The translations under genes and the position numbers were made by a program. From assembly GCA_051418015.1 (NCBI GenBank), contig JBPRGF010000033.1, positions 427,564 through 491,563 of the forward strand: DNA of 64,000 nucleotides, in the 5' to 3' direction. The notes below the pieces were generated by a model. The model saw only the letters and a list, made by a program, of their open reading frames with translations, was not told the origin of the DNA and made no database searches. Positions 40,527-49,934 of this stretch are shown here, piece after piece (the stretch's first letter is position 1; each line of letters opens with the position of its first letter). The DNA comes from Candidatus Nitrospinota bacterium M3_3B_026. GTDB lineage: Bacteria; Nitrospinota_A; UBA7883; JBPRGF01.

Positions 40527-41721
40527 CGGCGCCCGATCCCTCCGGGGCCCTGTCGCGCGCCTCCTGCAGGAGCATCCCTATGAGAAACGAACTGAAAACG
40601 ACGCTCACGCCCACCGCGATGGCGCTGGTGGCGACGAAGGCTATGTGAACGGAGCCTTCCATGGGCGCGTCGTAGGCGAGCCATTTCCACAGCAGGGCGA
40701 CGTCGATGGCGCCACCCGCGGCGAGGAGCGCGCCGCCCGCGATGAGCCCGGTCTCCAGGCTGAAATTTTTCAAAAGCCATCCTACGAGCCTGTCTCTCGC
40801 GTCCGGCGCCTGGATCGACATCATCACCTTCGCCAGGACGCCGAGGTTTATCACGTTGAACCCCACCAGCGTCATGAGGCATCCCAGGGCCAGGAAATGC
40901 ACCCCCATGTAGAACCCGGATATGACGACGGAGCCCTTGTACAAAAGCAGTTGAAGGGCCGTCCCCGCCAGGAAAAGCGCCGCGCCCGGGATCATGTAAA
41001 GATAGTTCGGACCATAGGTCATGATAAACCTCAGGTGACGCCAGCCGTCGTGGAACGTCCGCAGGTGCGGCGGACGCGACCGCTTGTCGGGATAGAGAAC
41101 GACCGGCGCCTCCTCGATCTTGAGGCCCGCCCGGGCGGCCCGGATTATCATCTCCGTGGCGAACTCCATGCCAGGTGTCCGAAGGCCCATCCTCCGGTAC
41201 GCCTCTTTCGTGAACCCTCTCATCCCGCAATGAAAATCGCCCACGGGCGCTTTCGATATCGTTCTGGCCAGAAATGAGAGGACGGGGTTTCCAATATATC
41301 TGTGCAAAAACGGCATGGCCCCCGGTTTTATCCCGCCGGAGAACCTGTTTCCTATAACCACGTCCGCGCCGTTTTCCAGCTTGCGGTAAAGCGGCTCTAT
41401 CCCCAGCCAGTCGTAGGAGTCGTCGGCGTCGGCCATTATTATATATTTACCCCTGGCCGCCTCGATCGCAGCGGTCAGCGCGGAGCCGTATCCGCGCCTT
41501 CGCTCCACCACAACGCGGGCGCCGAGCTTTTCGGCTATTTCCCTGGACTCGTCCGTGGAGCCGTTGTCACCGATCACCACCTCGCCGTCCACGCCCATCA
41601 TCTCGAACGCCCTGAAAGCTTTCTCCACGCAGACGCCGACGGTCTCCTCCTCGTTGAGACAGGGCATCACAGCGGAGATTTTCGGGGCCGGGCCGGGATT
41701 TATGTTTTTCATTTCACCCAC
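40519..41721 (-). CDS. Polyprenol-phosphate glycosyltransferase (GT2, DPM1/GtrB-like) with C-terminal TMs
   Basis: VMPCLNEE, DNGSTD, GYGSA, MADADDSY, GDFHCGMRGF, DGWRHLRF. Confidence 0.88.
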   Translation of the reverse strand: MGEMKNINPGPAPKISAVMPCLNEEETVGVCVEKAFRAFEMMGVDGEVVIGDNGSTDESREIAEKLGARVVVERRRGYGSALTAAIEAARGKYIIMADADDSYDWLGIEPLYRKLENGADVVIGNRFSGGIKPGAMPFLHRYIGNPVLSFLARTISKAPVGDFHCGMRGFTKEAYRRMGLRTPGMEFATEMIIRAARAGLKIEEAPVVLYPDKRSRPPHLRTFHDGWRHLRFIMTYGPNYLYMIPGAALFLAGTALQLLLYKGSVVISGFYMGVHFLALGCLMTLVGFNVINLGVLAKVMMSIQAPDARDRLVGWLLKNFSLETGLIAGGALLAAGGAIDVALLWKWLAYDAPMEGSVHIAFVATSAIAVGVSVVFSSFLIGMLLQEARDRAPEGSGADG

Positions 41722-42120
41722 GGGGCTGCTCGCTGTCGACGAATGCGGACGCGACCCGGGCTCGCGCTAGCATAGCGATCTTCTCTGCGCGCTTGTCCGC
41801 TCCGGGCGGCTGGATCATGAAGCAACCGTGAACACAGAAATTTTCAGCAAGAAAACCACCAGATCCATGGATGAAACACAGCGTTGAAAGACTCATCCCC
41901 GCCTTTCACGCCTTTTTTCCCGGCGTTTCGCCCCCTCCCCTCGAAAAGCGCGGGAGCTTTTTATATTATGTTGAAAATATTAACATAAATCCCACTTTCC
42001 GGCGAAGGCGTACGTTGAAACCGTCTTTGCCGGGACGCTCATGTTGCCAGGGTCGCGTACTCGACGGCGCCGTTTGGCCGGAGCAAATCTGAATACGGCG
42101 CCCCCTGATTGCGGCAAAAC

Positions 42121-42156
42121 ACACACCAGGATGTGTCATATCACGCGATTTTCGCG
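42121..42156. promoter_or_regulatory. Candidate enhancer (UAS) palindromes
   Basis: ACACA-N6-TGTGT at 42121-42136 and CGCGA-TTT-TCGCG at 42144-42156, upstream of an IHF site and sigma-54 promoter. Confidence 0.4.
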
Positions 42157-42178
42157 CAACAGGTTCCTGGTCTCGCTA

Positions 42179-42191
42179 TAACATGCTGATT
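42179..42191 (-). promoter_or_regulatory. IHF binding site
   Basis: Minus strand AATCAGCATGTTA matches WATCAR-N4-TTR exactly; lies between the palindromes and the -24 element. Confidence 0.6.
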
Positions 42192-42208
42192 TTTAAGATG
42201 GTAAGCTT

Positions 42209-42225
42209 CAGGCACGCCCCTTGCT
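42209..42225 (+). promoter_or_regulatory. Sigma-54 promoter of the TonB receptor operon
   Basis: CAGGCACGCCCCTTGCT = GGCACG-N4-TTGCT. Confidence 0.75.
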
Positions 42226-42332
42226 CTCCCTTCACCGCGGGAGGGGGCTTTTTCCCAGCCGCTTATGTTCACTCAAAAGGAGGACATAAGCGGCATGCTT
42301 TACAATCAACTTTAAGTAGCGAGGGGAATAAA

Positions 42333-44420
42333 TTGAATTGCAAGAACATTTCCATTCGTAATCGTATCGCCATCCTATCCTTGTTGGCCGTAACAGCCCT
42401 TCCGGCAAGCGCCTATGCCCTGGAGGGAGAGGAAGAGAAGGCCGCCGTCGGCGTAATAACCGTAACAGGCACTCGAGAGGAAGAGCCCATAGCCGAGACT
42501 TCCGCCACGGTTGACGTCATCGGCGGCGAGGAAACACGCAAGGTAAAACCCGCCCATCCTTCGGAGATCATGGACAGGGTACCGGGGGTATGGGTGAACG
42601 TCACCGGCGGGGAGGGGCACATGACCTCCATCCGCCATCCTCTGACGACAGCGCCCGTGTACCTTTACCTGGAGGACGGAGTCCCCACCCGCTCCACCGG
42701 CTTTTTCAACCACAACGCGCTTTACGAGGTCAACATCCCGATGTCCGGCGGCGTGGAGGTGACGAAGGGCCCCGGCACCGCCCTTTACGGCAGCGACGCG
42801 ATCGGCGGCGTCGTGAACGTTTTGACCCGCCCCACCCCGCTTAAGCCGGAGTTCGAGCTGAACGCCGAGGGCGGCTCCTACGGCTGGGCCAGAACCCTCC
42901 TTACCGCGGGTAACACGTGGGGCGATCACGGCCTGCGGGCGGACATGAATATCACGCATACCGACGGATGGCGCGACGCCACGGATTACGACAGGCAGAG
43001 CGCCACGCTGCGCTGGGACGGTTTTTTCTCCGGCGGGTCGGCGATAAAGACCGTCATCACCTATTCGAACATCAACCAGCAGACAGCAGGCTCCTCCCGC
43101 CTGTCCAGGGAAGACTACGAGAACAACCCCACTCTCAACTACACCCCGATCTCCTACAGGGACGTCGGCGCCCTGCGCGCATCCGCCGCCTGGGAGAAAG
43201 AGACCGCCGTCTCGCTGATAAGCCTGACCCCTTATTACCGCAAAAACAGGCTCGGCTACATAGCAAACTGGTCGTTGAGCTATGACCCCTCAATACTGGA
43301 TACCGAGAACGACTCTTTCGGCCTGATGGCCAAGTACCGCCGCGACTTCGAGCCGATGCGAACGAAGGTGATCGTCGGCGCGGACATCGACCACAGCCCC
43401 GGTAAACAGTTCGAGCGGGCCATAGACCCGGCCAAGGAGGGGAACATCTACACAAGCTACACGAAAGGAGGCGCCATATATGACTACGACGTCGCCTTCA
43501 CCGGCTTCTCACCATACCTGCACGCCGAGGCGTCGCCCACGGACGCGCTGAGGGTAAACGCGGGGCTCAGATACGATGTCATGAGCTACGATTACGACAA
43601 CAAGCTCAGCGACGTGTCCGAAGGGTCTCACCGCCGCCCGGCGGACAGCACCGTCAACTACGGCCACCTTAGCCCCAAAATCGGCGCTACGTACGCGTTC
43701 GCTTCCAGTTTTAACGGCTTCGTCTCCTATCGTCACGCGTTTCGCGCTCCATCGCAAAGCCAGCTTTTCCGCCAGGGCAAGGCGGAGAGCACCGTTGACC
43801 TGAAGCCGGTCAAGGCGGACAGCTATGAGGCCGGCCTGCGCGGGGCGCTGGGAAGCGCGGCGGCGTGGGAGATATCCGGCTATTACATGACGAAGAAGGA
43901 CGACATCCTCTCCTATCGCCATCCCGACGGCAGCACGGAGACGAAAAACGCGGGCGAGACGCTCCACAAGGGCGTCGAGGCCGGCCTGCGGGGGAACGCG
44001 CTGAAGTGGCTGAGTCTCGCGGTTAGCCTCTCTTACGCCGAGCACACGTTCGAGGATTGGACGCCGAAGGAGGGCGTGAACTACAGCGGCAATGAGATAA
44101 GCTCCGCGCCAAAGGTCATAGCCAACGCCAGGCTGGGCCTGAGTCCTGATTTCCTGCGCGGGGGTGAGCTGGAGCTTGAGTGGGTCCGCCTTGGCGAGTA
44201 CTGGATGGATGACGAGAACACCCACAAGTACGGCGGGCATGATCTTTTCAATCTGCGCGCCAGCTTCTCCGCCGGGCCGCTGGATATTTACGGCAGGGTA
44301 ATGAACCTGGCCGATCAGACCTGGGCGACGAACGCGGCTTACTCGAAATTCCGCGGAGAGGAATACGCGCCGGGGCTCCCCAGGACCTTCTACGCCGGCC
44401 TCGCCTATAACTTCAAATGA
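42333..44420 (+). CDS. TonB-dependent receptor
   Basis: TTG start after GAGGGG; signal peptide; TonB box ITVTGTR; plug VEVTKGPGTALYGSDAIGGVVN; C-terminal GLAYNFK. Confidence 0.93.
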   Translation: MNCKNISIRNRIAILSLLAVTALPASAYALEGEEEKAAVGVITVTGTREEEPIAETSATVDVIGGEETRKVKPAHPSEIMDRVPGVWVNVTGGEGHMTSIRHPLTTAPVYLYLEDGVPTRSTGFFNHNALYEVNIPMSGGVEVTKGPGTALYGSDAIGGVVNVLTRPTPLKPEFELNAEGGSYGWARTLLTAGNTWGDHGLRADMNITHTDGWRDATDYDRQSATLRWDGFFSGGSAIKTVITYSNINQQTAGSSRLSREDYENNPTLNYTPISYRDVGALRASAAWEKETAVSLISLTPYYRKNRLGYIANWSLSYDPSILDTENDSFGLMAKYRRDFEPMRTKVIVGADIDHSPGKQFERAIDPAKEGNIYTSYTKGGAIYDYDVAFTGFSPYLHAEASPTDALRVNAGLRYDVMSYDYDNKLSDVSEGSHRRPADSTVNYGHLSPKIGATYAFASSFNGFVSYRHAFRAPSQSQLFRQGKAESTVDLKPVKADSYEAGLRGALGSAAAWEISGYYMTKKDDILSYRHPDGSTETKNAGETLHKGVEAGLRGNALKWLSLAVSLSYAEHTFEDWTPKEGVNYSGNEISSAPKVIANARLGLSPDFLRGGELELEWVRLGEYWMDDENTHKYGGHDLFNLRASFSAGPLDIYGRVMNLADQTWATNAAYSKFRGEEYAPGLPRTFYAGLAYNFK

Positions 44421-46033
44421 GCCAGGCCGCGATAGACGAAGCGCGCCCCGCCCTCCCGCGCGATGAGACGCCCTCCACGAGCCGGGCTCGCCCTCCACGG
44501 CGGCCTAGGCTCCGCGCCCACAGGGTTCACAAATGGGCGGGGATTGTCTCCGGCCTGTGGCTTTTGGTTTTGGGAGCCACCGGTTTCTTCCTGGATCATC
44601 GCGACTGGCGGTGGATGTGGCAATGGACCGTCCCGGCGGGCTTCGTCCCCGGCGCCGTGGCCGAAAAAAGCGGCGGCGTCATACGGCTTTTCAGGATGGA
44701 CCCCGCCTCCGGCGCCATGCTCTCCGGAGGGCCCCAGGGGTTGTGGAGAAGCGAGGACGGAGGCCTTTCGTGGAGCAGGACGCTGTTCGAGGGCGTGGGC
44801 GGCGCGCCGATGGTGAAGGCTGTCGTCGAAGACCCGGAGGGCGGTTGGGGCAGGCTCCTGCTGGCCACCGGCGACGGCCTCTGGCTCTCCGAGGACGGCG
44901 GAGCGACGGCGCGCCCTCTCGCCCTGCGCGGCGAGCGGATAACCGGCCTCGCCGAGGGCGCCGAGGCGGGAAGCGCTCTCGGCGTCGTGGACAGGGCCAG
45001 TGTTTTTTCATTGAAGATCGATTCCGGGAAAGTGAGTTGGATAAGCCTCGGCGCCGTGGCGGAAAGCGAGCCGCCAAGGGAGTTCAACTTGTCACGGATC
45101 ACGCATGACCTGCACTTCGGCCGGGGGATAACCGCCGGAGTCGGCTCTCTTCTGATAAACGACATCGGCGGCGTCCTGATGACCTCGCTTCCGGTGACCG
45201 GGTTTTTGTTCTGGTGGCTTCCAAGGCGCTGGAAAAGGCGCAAGGACCATGACCATAAAAAGCATCGAAGCACGATGCGGAGCCTTTACAGCCTGCACGC
45301 CGTGTGGTTCGGGATAATCAGCGTCATACCCATCGCCTACCTGTCAATCACCGGCATACTCATAGACCACCGCGGCGCTTTCGGCGGCTGGATGAAGTCC
45401 GTGAGGATCGACAGGGCGTACCTGCCGCCGGTGTACGGCATGGGCTCGTGGGAGGGGGAGATATACACGATCGCGGGTTATCCCGGCGAGCCGGGCAAGT
45501 TCAGCCTCGGGACCCGCGGGGGGCTTTATACCACGATGGACGGCGGCGCGAGCTGGGCGCGCGAGGTCCTGCCGGGCTCCTCGTCCGCTTTCATATGGAC
45601 GCTTCGAAGGACCGGCGAGGACCTTTACATAGGCGGAATGGGGAGCCCCAACTACGTAAAGAAAAACGGCGGCCCATGGCGGATCGTCAAGGGCGCGGGA
45701 CACATGCCATCCGACGTGACGGCCGGCTCCGGCGGGCGCGCCGCGTGGAAAACCCATAATGGCGTGATGTTGGAAGACTCAAAAGGCGGCTTTGAGAACC
45801 TGGAGATAAGCCTGCCCCGCGAAAAGGGAGTTCCCCTGTTTTACATAATCGACGGGCTCCACAGCGGGACGATCATACACGAGCAGTGGAAGTGGGTGAA
45901 CGATTTCGTCTCCGTCCTTGCGATCGTCCTGGCCGCGACCGGCGTCCTGCGCTGGATCCGAAGGACAAAAACATCGCTGATGCGCCGCGCCGGACGGGCG
46001 GGCCTATCCATGACGATCAAGGGGAGCTCCTGA
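44417..46033 (+). CDS. PepSY-associated TM protein with Asp-box/BNR periplasmic domains
   Basis: HKWAG, HDLHFG, LHAVWFG, DGLHSG TM His motifs; WRSEDGGLSW, WLSEDGG, YTTMDGGASW. Confidence 0.8.
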   Translation: MSQAAIDEARPALPRDETPSTSRARPPRRPRLRAHRVHKWAGIVSGLWLLVLGATGFFLDHRDWRWMWQWTVPAGFVPGAVAEKSGGVIRLFRMDPASGAMLSGGPQGLWRSEDGGLSWSRTLFEGVGGAPMVKAVVEDPEGGWGRLLLATGDGLWLSEDGGATARPLALRGERITGLAEGAEAGSALGVVDRASVFSLKIDSGKVSWISLGAVAESEPPREFNLSRITHDLHFGRGITAGVGSLLINDIGGVLMTSLPVTGFLFWWLPRRWKRRKDHDHKKHRSTMRSLYSLHAVWFGIISVIPIAYLSITGILIDHRGAFGGWMKSVRIDRAYLPPVYGMGSWEGEIYTIAGYPGEPGKFSLGTRGGLYTTMDGGASWAREVLPGSSSAFIWTLRRTGEDLYIGGMGSPNYVKKNGGPWRIVKGAGHMPSDVTAGSGGRAAWKTHNGVMLEDSKGGFENLEISLPREKGVPLFYIIDGLHSGTIIHEQWKWVNDFVSVLAIVLAATGVLRWIRRTKTSLMRRAGRAGLSMTIKGSS

Positions 46034-46034
46034 C

Positions 46035-46664
46035 ATGAGCATAAACGAGATACTGGCAAAAGGCGGGCCGGTCATGTGGATACTCGGCGCCTACTCCGTG
46101 ATCGCCATGGCGATCGTGATAGAGCGCGGCATACACTTTCTCCTCATGGGCCGGGCGCCGAGGGAGTTGGACGAGGACATCGGGAACGGCCGCCTCAAAG
46201 ACCGCCTCGCCGAGCTTCGCGGCCCCGAGGCGGCGGTCGCGGCGGCGATGATGGAGGCGATGCGGCAGGGCGTCCACGACCTTGGCCGCGTGGCCTCCCG
46301 CGTGGGGTCGAAGGAGCTGCGGCGGATGGAGCGCGGCCTTCGCACCCTGGCCTTTCTCGGCGACACCGCGCCGCTTCTGGGTCTGTTCGGGACCATCACG
46401 GGCATGATCAAGGCGTTCATGGTCATAGAACAGGCAGGAGGCAAGGTGGACGCGCAGGCCCTGGCGGGGGGCATATGGGAGGCGATGGTAACAACCGGCG
46501 CCGGTCTGGCCGTCTCCATTCCTGTCCTTTTTCTGTCGCATCTTCTCGAGGGCATGGCCGACAAGCGCGCCCACTCCATGAAACGCGTCGCCTCGATGCT
46601 GATCGAGCGCCACGCCGCGGGAGACGCCATGCGCCGCAGGGAAGGAGTGATGGATGGAGCTTGA
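46035..46664 (+). CDS. exbB: ExbB/MotA/TolQ proton channel
   Basis: GGPVMW, APLLGLFGTITGMI, GGIWEAMVTTGAGL. Confidence 0.9.
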   Translation: MSINEILAKGGPVMWILGAYSVIAMAIVIERGIHFLLMGRAPRELDEDIGNGRLKDRLAELRGPEAAVAAAMMEAMRQGVHDLGRVASRVGSKELRRMERGLRTLAFLGDTAPLLGLFGTITGMIKAFMVIEQAGGKVDAQALAGGIWEAMVTTGAGLAVSIPVLFLSHLLEGMADKRAHSMKRVASMLIERHAAGDAMRRREGVMDGA

Positions 46665-47061
46665 GGGAAGAAGGAAGGCGAGGCGCGCTCCGAACCTCAC
46701 GCCGCTTATCGACGTCGTGTTCCTCCTGCTCGTGTTCTTCATGCTGACGGCGCACTTCGTCCGCGAGGAGACGGTGGAGATAGCGCTGCCAGATGCGGAA
46801 AGCTCCGCGGCGCGGGATGTGGACGATCCGCTCGAGGTGATAATAGACCCACAAGGCAGACTGCTTTATGGAGGGAGCGCGGCCGGGCCGCAAGAGCTGG
46901 AAAAGATGCTCCGGCGCGCGTTGGGAGCCCGCGGGGAAAAGGTCGTCACGCTGCGCGGCGATAAGAGAGCAAGCCTCGACGCCACGGTCTCGGCCCTTGA
47001 CGCGGCCCGCAAAGCCGGCGCGGACTCCGTGGACATCGTAACGATCAGACAACCTGAATGA
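46654..47061 (+). CDS. exbD: Biopolymer transport protein ExbD
   Basis: NLTPLIDVVFLLLVFFM, LRGDK. Confidence 0.92.
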   Translation: MELEGRRKARRAPNLTPLIDVVFLLLVFFMLTAHFVREETVEIALPDAESSAARDVDDPLEVIIDPQGRLLYGGSAAGPQELEKMLRRALGARGEKVVTLRGDKRASLDATVSALDAARKAGADSVDIVTIRQPE

Positions 47062-47750
47062 GCCGGGGGACAATACTTTTCGCCGCCGCTGTCTTCTCCC
47101 TCACGTTTCACGCGGGGGCGTTGTGGCTTCTCGACGGCAGGGAGATCAGGGTCCATTCCACGCCTGAACGGGAAGCGGCGCGGGTCACGCGAATAGATTT
47201 CAGAAAGCATAAACCGCCCCCCCCTGAAAAGGTCGTGGAAAAAAAACCCGAGCCTCCAAAACCTAAACCGAAGCCAAAGCCGAAACCAAAACCCAGGCCC
47301 AAACCAGAGCCTGAGCCTGCGCCGCCTCCGACTCCCGAGCCGGAGCCCGAGCCCATGGCGGAGCCGAAGCCCCCTCCCGGGCCCGTGACGCAAAGCGACC
47401 CTGAGCCGGCGGCGGAGAAGACGCCCGCGCCCGCCCCCAAGGCCGAGACGGGCGAAGAGGAAAGCGAGCGTTACCTTGCCAGGGCGCTTGGAATAATCGA
47501 AAAGAACAAATACTACCCCCGCGCCGCAAGGAGGCGGGGCATGGAGGGGGTTGTCAGAGTCTCCTTCATCGTGCTTCCGAAGGGAGACATCGAGGGCCTG
47601 AAAATCCGCGGCGGCCACGGCATATTGAGAAAGGCGGCGGAGGAAGCGGTCATGAGGTCGCTGCCGCTGCCCGCGCCTCCCGCTGCTGCGGCCCGTCCGT
47701 TCAGGATGGATTTCGCGATGGAGTTCTCGCTCAGGCAGGGGTGGCGATGA
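47058..47750 (+). CDS. tonB: Energy transducer TonB
   Basis: TM with His, PK/PE-rich linker, YYPRAARRRGMEGVV. Confidence 0.9.
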   Translation: MSRGTILFAAAVFSLTFHAGALWLLDGREIRVHSTPEREAARVTRIDFRKHKPPPPEKVVEKKPEPPKPKPKPKPKPKPRPKPEPEPAPPPTPEPEPEPMAEPKPPPGPVTQSDPEPAAEKTPAPAPKAETGEEESERYLARALGIIEKNKYYPRAARRRGMEGVVRVSFIVLPKGDIEGLKIRGGHGILRKAAEEAVMRSLPLPAPPAAAARPFRMDFAMEFSLRQGWR

Positions 47751-47846
47751 CATCACCTTTTCCGCGATGTCATGCCGCGGCGCGAAGCATCCCGTATCGG
47801 ATACAGAGACGGTTCGGGATAATCGAAAACGGCCTTTTAATGCCTG

Positions 47847-48809
47847 CTATACGGCTATGGCGTATTTCTTCATGCGGTATAACAAGGTATCGCGGGAGAG
47901 CCCCAGGAGGCGCGCCGCCCTGGACCTGTTCCCGCGTGACTTGCTCAACGCCTGGCGGATCAACTGAACCTCCAGATCCTCAAGCCCCATGCCGGCCTCG
48001 AGTATTCCGAACAGCTCCTCCACAACCGACCTTCTGTCGTGGCCGGTGTGAAACTCCGGCGGCAGGTTTTCCGGCTCGATCTCTTGTCCACTGAAGAGCA
48101 CGACCAACCTCTCGCAGAGGTTGCGGAGCTCGCGCACGTTGCCGGGCCAGGGATAGCGCCTGAGAGTTCTCAGGGTTTCCGCGGCGAAGGAAGGCGGGGC
48201 AAGACCGTGGTCTTTCGATAGTCTCAGCGTCAGTTCTTTCAGCAGGACGTCCAGATCCTCCGTCCTCTCCCGCAGCGGCGGAAGCTCCAGGGGAACGACA
48301 TGGAGCCTGTAGTAAAGATCCTCCCTGAACCTTCCCGCCTTCACCTCCGCGTAAAGGTCGCGGTTGGTGGCGGATATGACGCGGACGTCGACTTTTCTGT
48401 TCGTCAACTCGCCGACCGGCTGGATCTCCCCGGTTTCTATAAAGCGCAGGAGCTTCGACTGCATGGGTAGGGGCAGCTCCCCCACCTCGTCGAGGAAAAG
48501 CGTTCCGCCGTCGGCCGCCTGCGCTCGCCCGGGCTGGTCGCTCACGGCGCCCGTGAACGCGCCCCTGCGATGGCCGAAAAGCTCGGACTCCGCCAGGGTC
48601 TCCGGCAGGGCGGCGCAATTTATGGTTATCAACGGGTTGCCGGCCCTGCGGCTCTCTCCGTGTATCGCCTTTGCCAGAAGCTCCTTGCCGACCCCGCTCT
48701 CGCCGAGGATAAGCACCGTAACGTCCGTCGCCGCGACGATCCTTGCGGCGCGGAGAACGGAGACGTATTCCGGCGATTTCCCTATAAGTGTCTTTTCAAA
48801 GGCGCTCAT
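47847..48809 (-). CDS. Sigma-54 enhancer-binding protein with no N-terminal sensory domain
   Basis: AAA+ domain starts at about residue 8 (LIGKS); GESGVGKE, ESELFGH, GAFTGA, FLDEVGE, WPGNVREL; Fis-type HTH. Confidence 0.92.
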   Translation of the reverse strand: MSAFEKTLIGKSPEYVSVLRAARIVAATDVTVLILGESGVGKELLAKAIHGESRRAGNPLITINCAALPETLAESELFGHRRGAFTGAVSDQPGRAQAADGGTLFLDEVGELPLPMQSKLLRFIETGEIQPVGELTNRKVDVRVISATNRDLYAEVKAGRFREDLYYRLHVVPLELPPLRERTEDLDVLLKELTLRLSKDHGLAPPSFAAETLRTLRRYPWPGNVRELRNLCERLVVLFSGQEIEPENLPPEFHTGHDRRSVVEELFGILEAGMGLEDLEVQLIRQALSKSRGNRSRAARLLGLSRDTLLYRMKKYAIAV

Positions 48810-48824
48810 ATCAGCAACAGGAAT

Positions 48825-49535
48825 TCATTTACCCCCGGAGCGAAGCCCGTCCGTCGGGCCTTCGCCAGTATACAACAGGCTCGCCACGCCCATGACGATT
48901 ATTATCCCCCCCGCGAGCTGCTTTACATACGGAGCGCGGGAAAACCATGCTACCCAGCCCGTTATAATACCGGCAGCCGTAACCGCGGGCAACGTCCCGA
49001 TCCCGAAAACAAGCATGAACACGGCGCCGTCCATGGCGCCTCCCGACGAGGCCGTCAGGATCAGCGCGGTGTAGACCAGCCCGCACGGCAGCCACCCCCA
49101 GACCGCCCCGAACAAAAACGCGCTCAACCTCGTTCTGGCGGGGATGAATCGCCTGCCAATGGGCTCTACCATCCTCCACAGCGGCGCCCCCATCTTCTCC
49201 ACGAAGGCGTACCGGGAAAACCATCCCGCGATGTACAACCCCACCCCGATCATCACCATGGCGGCCAGGAGCCTTAGAACACTATGGCCGTATTTGGGGC
49301 TTACGGCGTCGAAGATCGCCTGCCCCAGGGTCCCGATAACCGCTCCCGCCAGCATATAGCTTGCGATCCTGCCGGTGTTATAGGAGAGAACATAAGTAAA
49401 AATGCTCCAGCGATTGTTCCGCACCTCCTCCGCAAGGCTCAGGGACAAGGCGCCGCTTATCCCTCCGCACATGGCGATACAATGCAGGGAGCTGGACACG
49501 CCCATTATGAGAGCGGCCACTAACGAATAATCCAA
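48825..49535 (-). CDS. DsbD_2/TauE-SafE-like membrane protein (HCxxMCG, PCGLVY)
   Basis: SLHCIAMCGG, YNTGRIASY, GWLPCGLVY, FGIGTLP. Confidence 0.85.
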   Translation of the reverse strand: MDYSLVAALIMGVSSSLHCIAMCGGISGALSLSLAEEVRNNRWSIFTYVLSYNTGRIASYMLAGAVIGTLGQAIFDAVSPKYGHSVLRLLAAMVMIGVGLYIAGWFSRYAFVEKMGAPLWRMVEPIGRRFIPARTRLSAFLFGAVWGWLPCGLVYTALILTASSGGAMDGAVFMLVFGIGTLPAVTAAGIITGWVAWFSRAPYVKQLAGGIIIVMGVASLLYTGEGPTDGLRSGGK

Positions 49536-49934
49536 AACACAAATTCTCTCTCAGAGGCAGGACGCGCTCTGATTTTAAACAGGTTATACACAAAGCCCGG
49601 GCCCGCGGGCAGTATAGCCGATCGGAAAAACATCGCCAAGAAGTTTATCCGGGCCGGCTGGGATCATGCTTTACGAGAGGGAAGCCTGGATCAGGATAAA
49701 GGTGACGAGACCCTGATAATTGCCCATAACTTGAGAAAGACCTTGAAAGGGCTGATTTTATAAGTAAAGGTTGAAGCTCACGAAAAAAGGAAATGAAAGC
49801 AAGATGGCCAGCGCTGATGATAGAGATCGTGTGAATCGTCCACTCGCCAAAACCCTGAGCCTGCCAATAAAGCTTCCCGCCGAGTTGGCCGAGGCTGCAT
49901 CGCCCTTTTGTGGAAGCGAATCTCATTCTTTGCC

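Noticed and set aside
41871..42092. 73-aa ORF with CC upstream of the TonB receptor as a possible second arrest uORF
   Set aside because: No signal peptide, no terminal Pro motif, and it lies upstream of the sigma-54 promoter
47215..47370. Short tandem repeats (CCGAAG/CCAAAA, CCCGAG)
   Set aside because: They encode the ordinary PK/PE linker of TonB and are not a CRISPR array or VNTR
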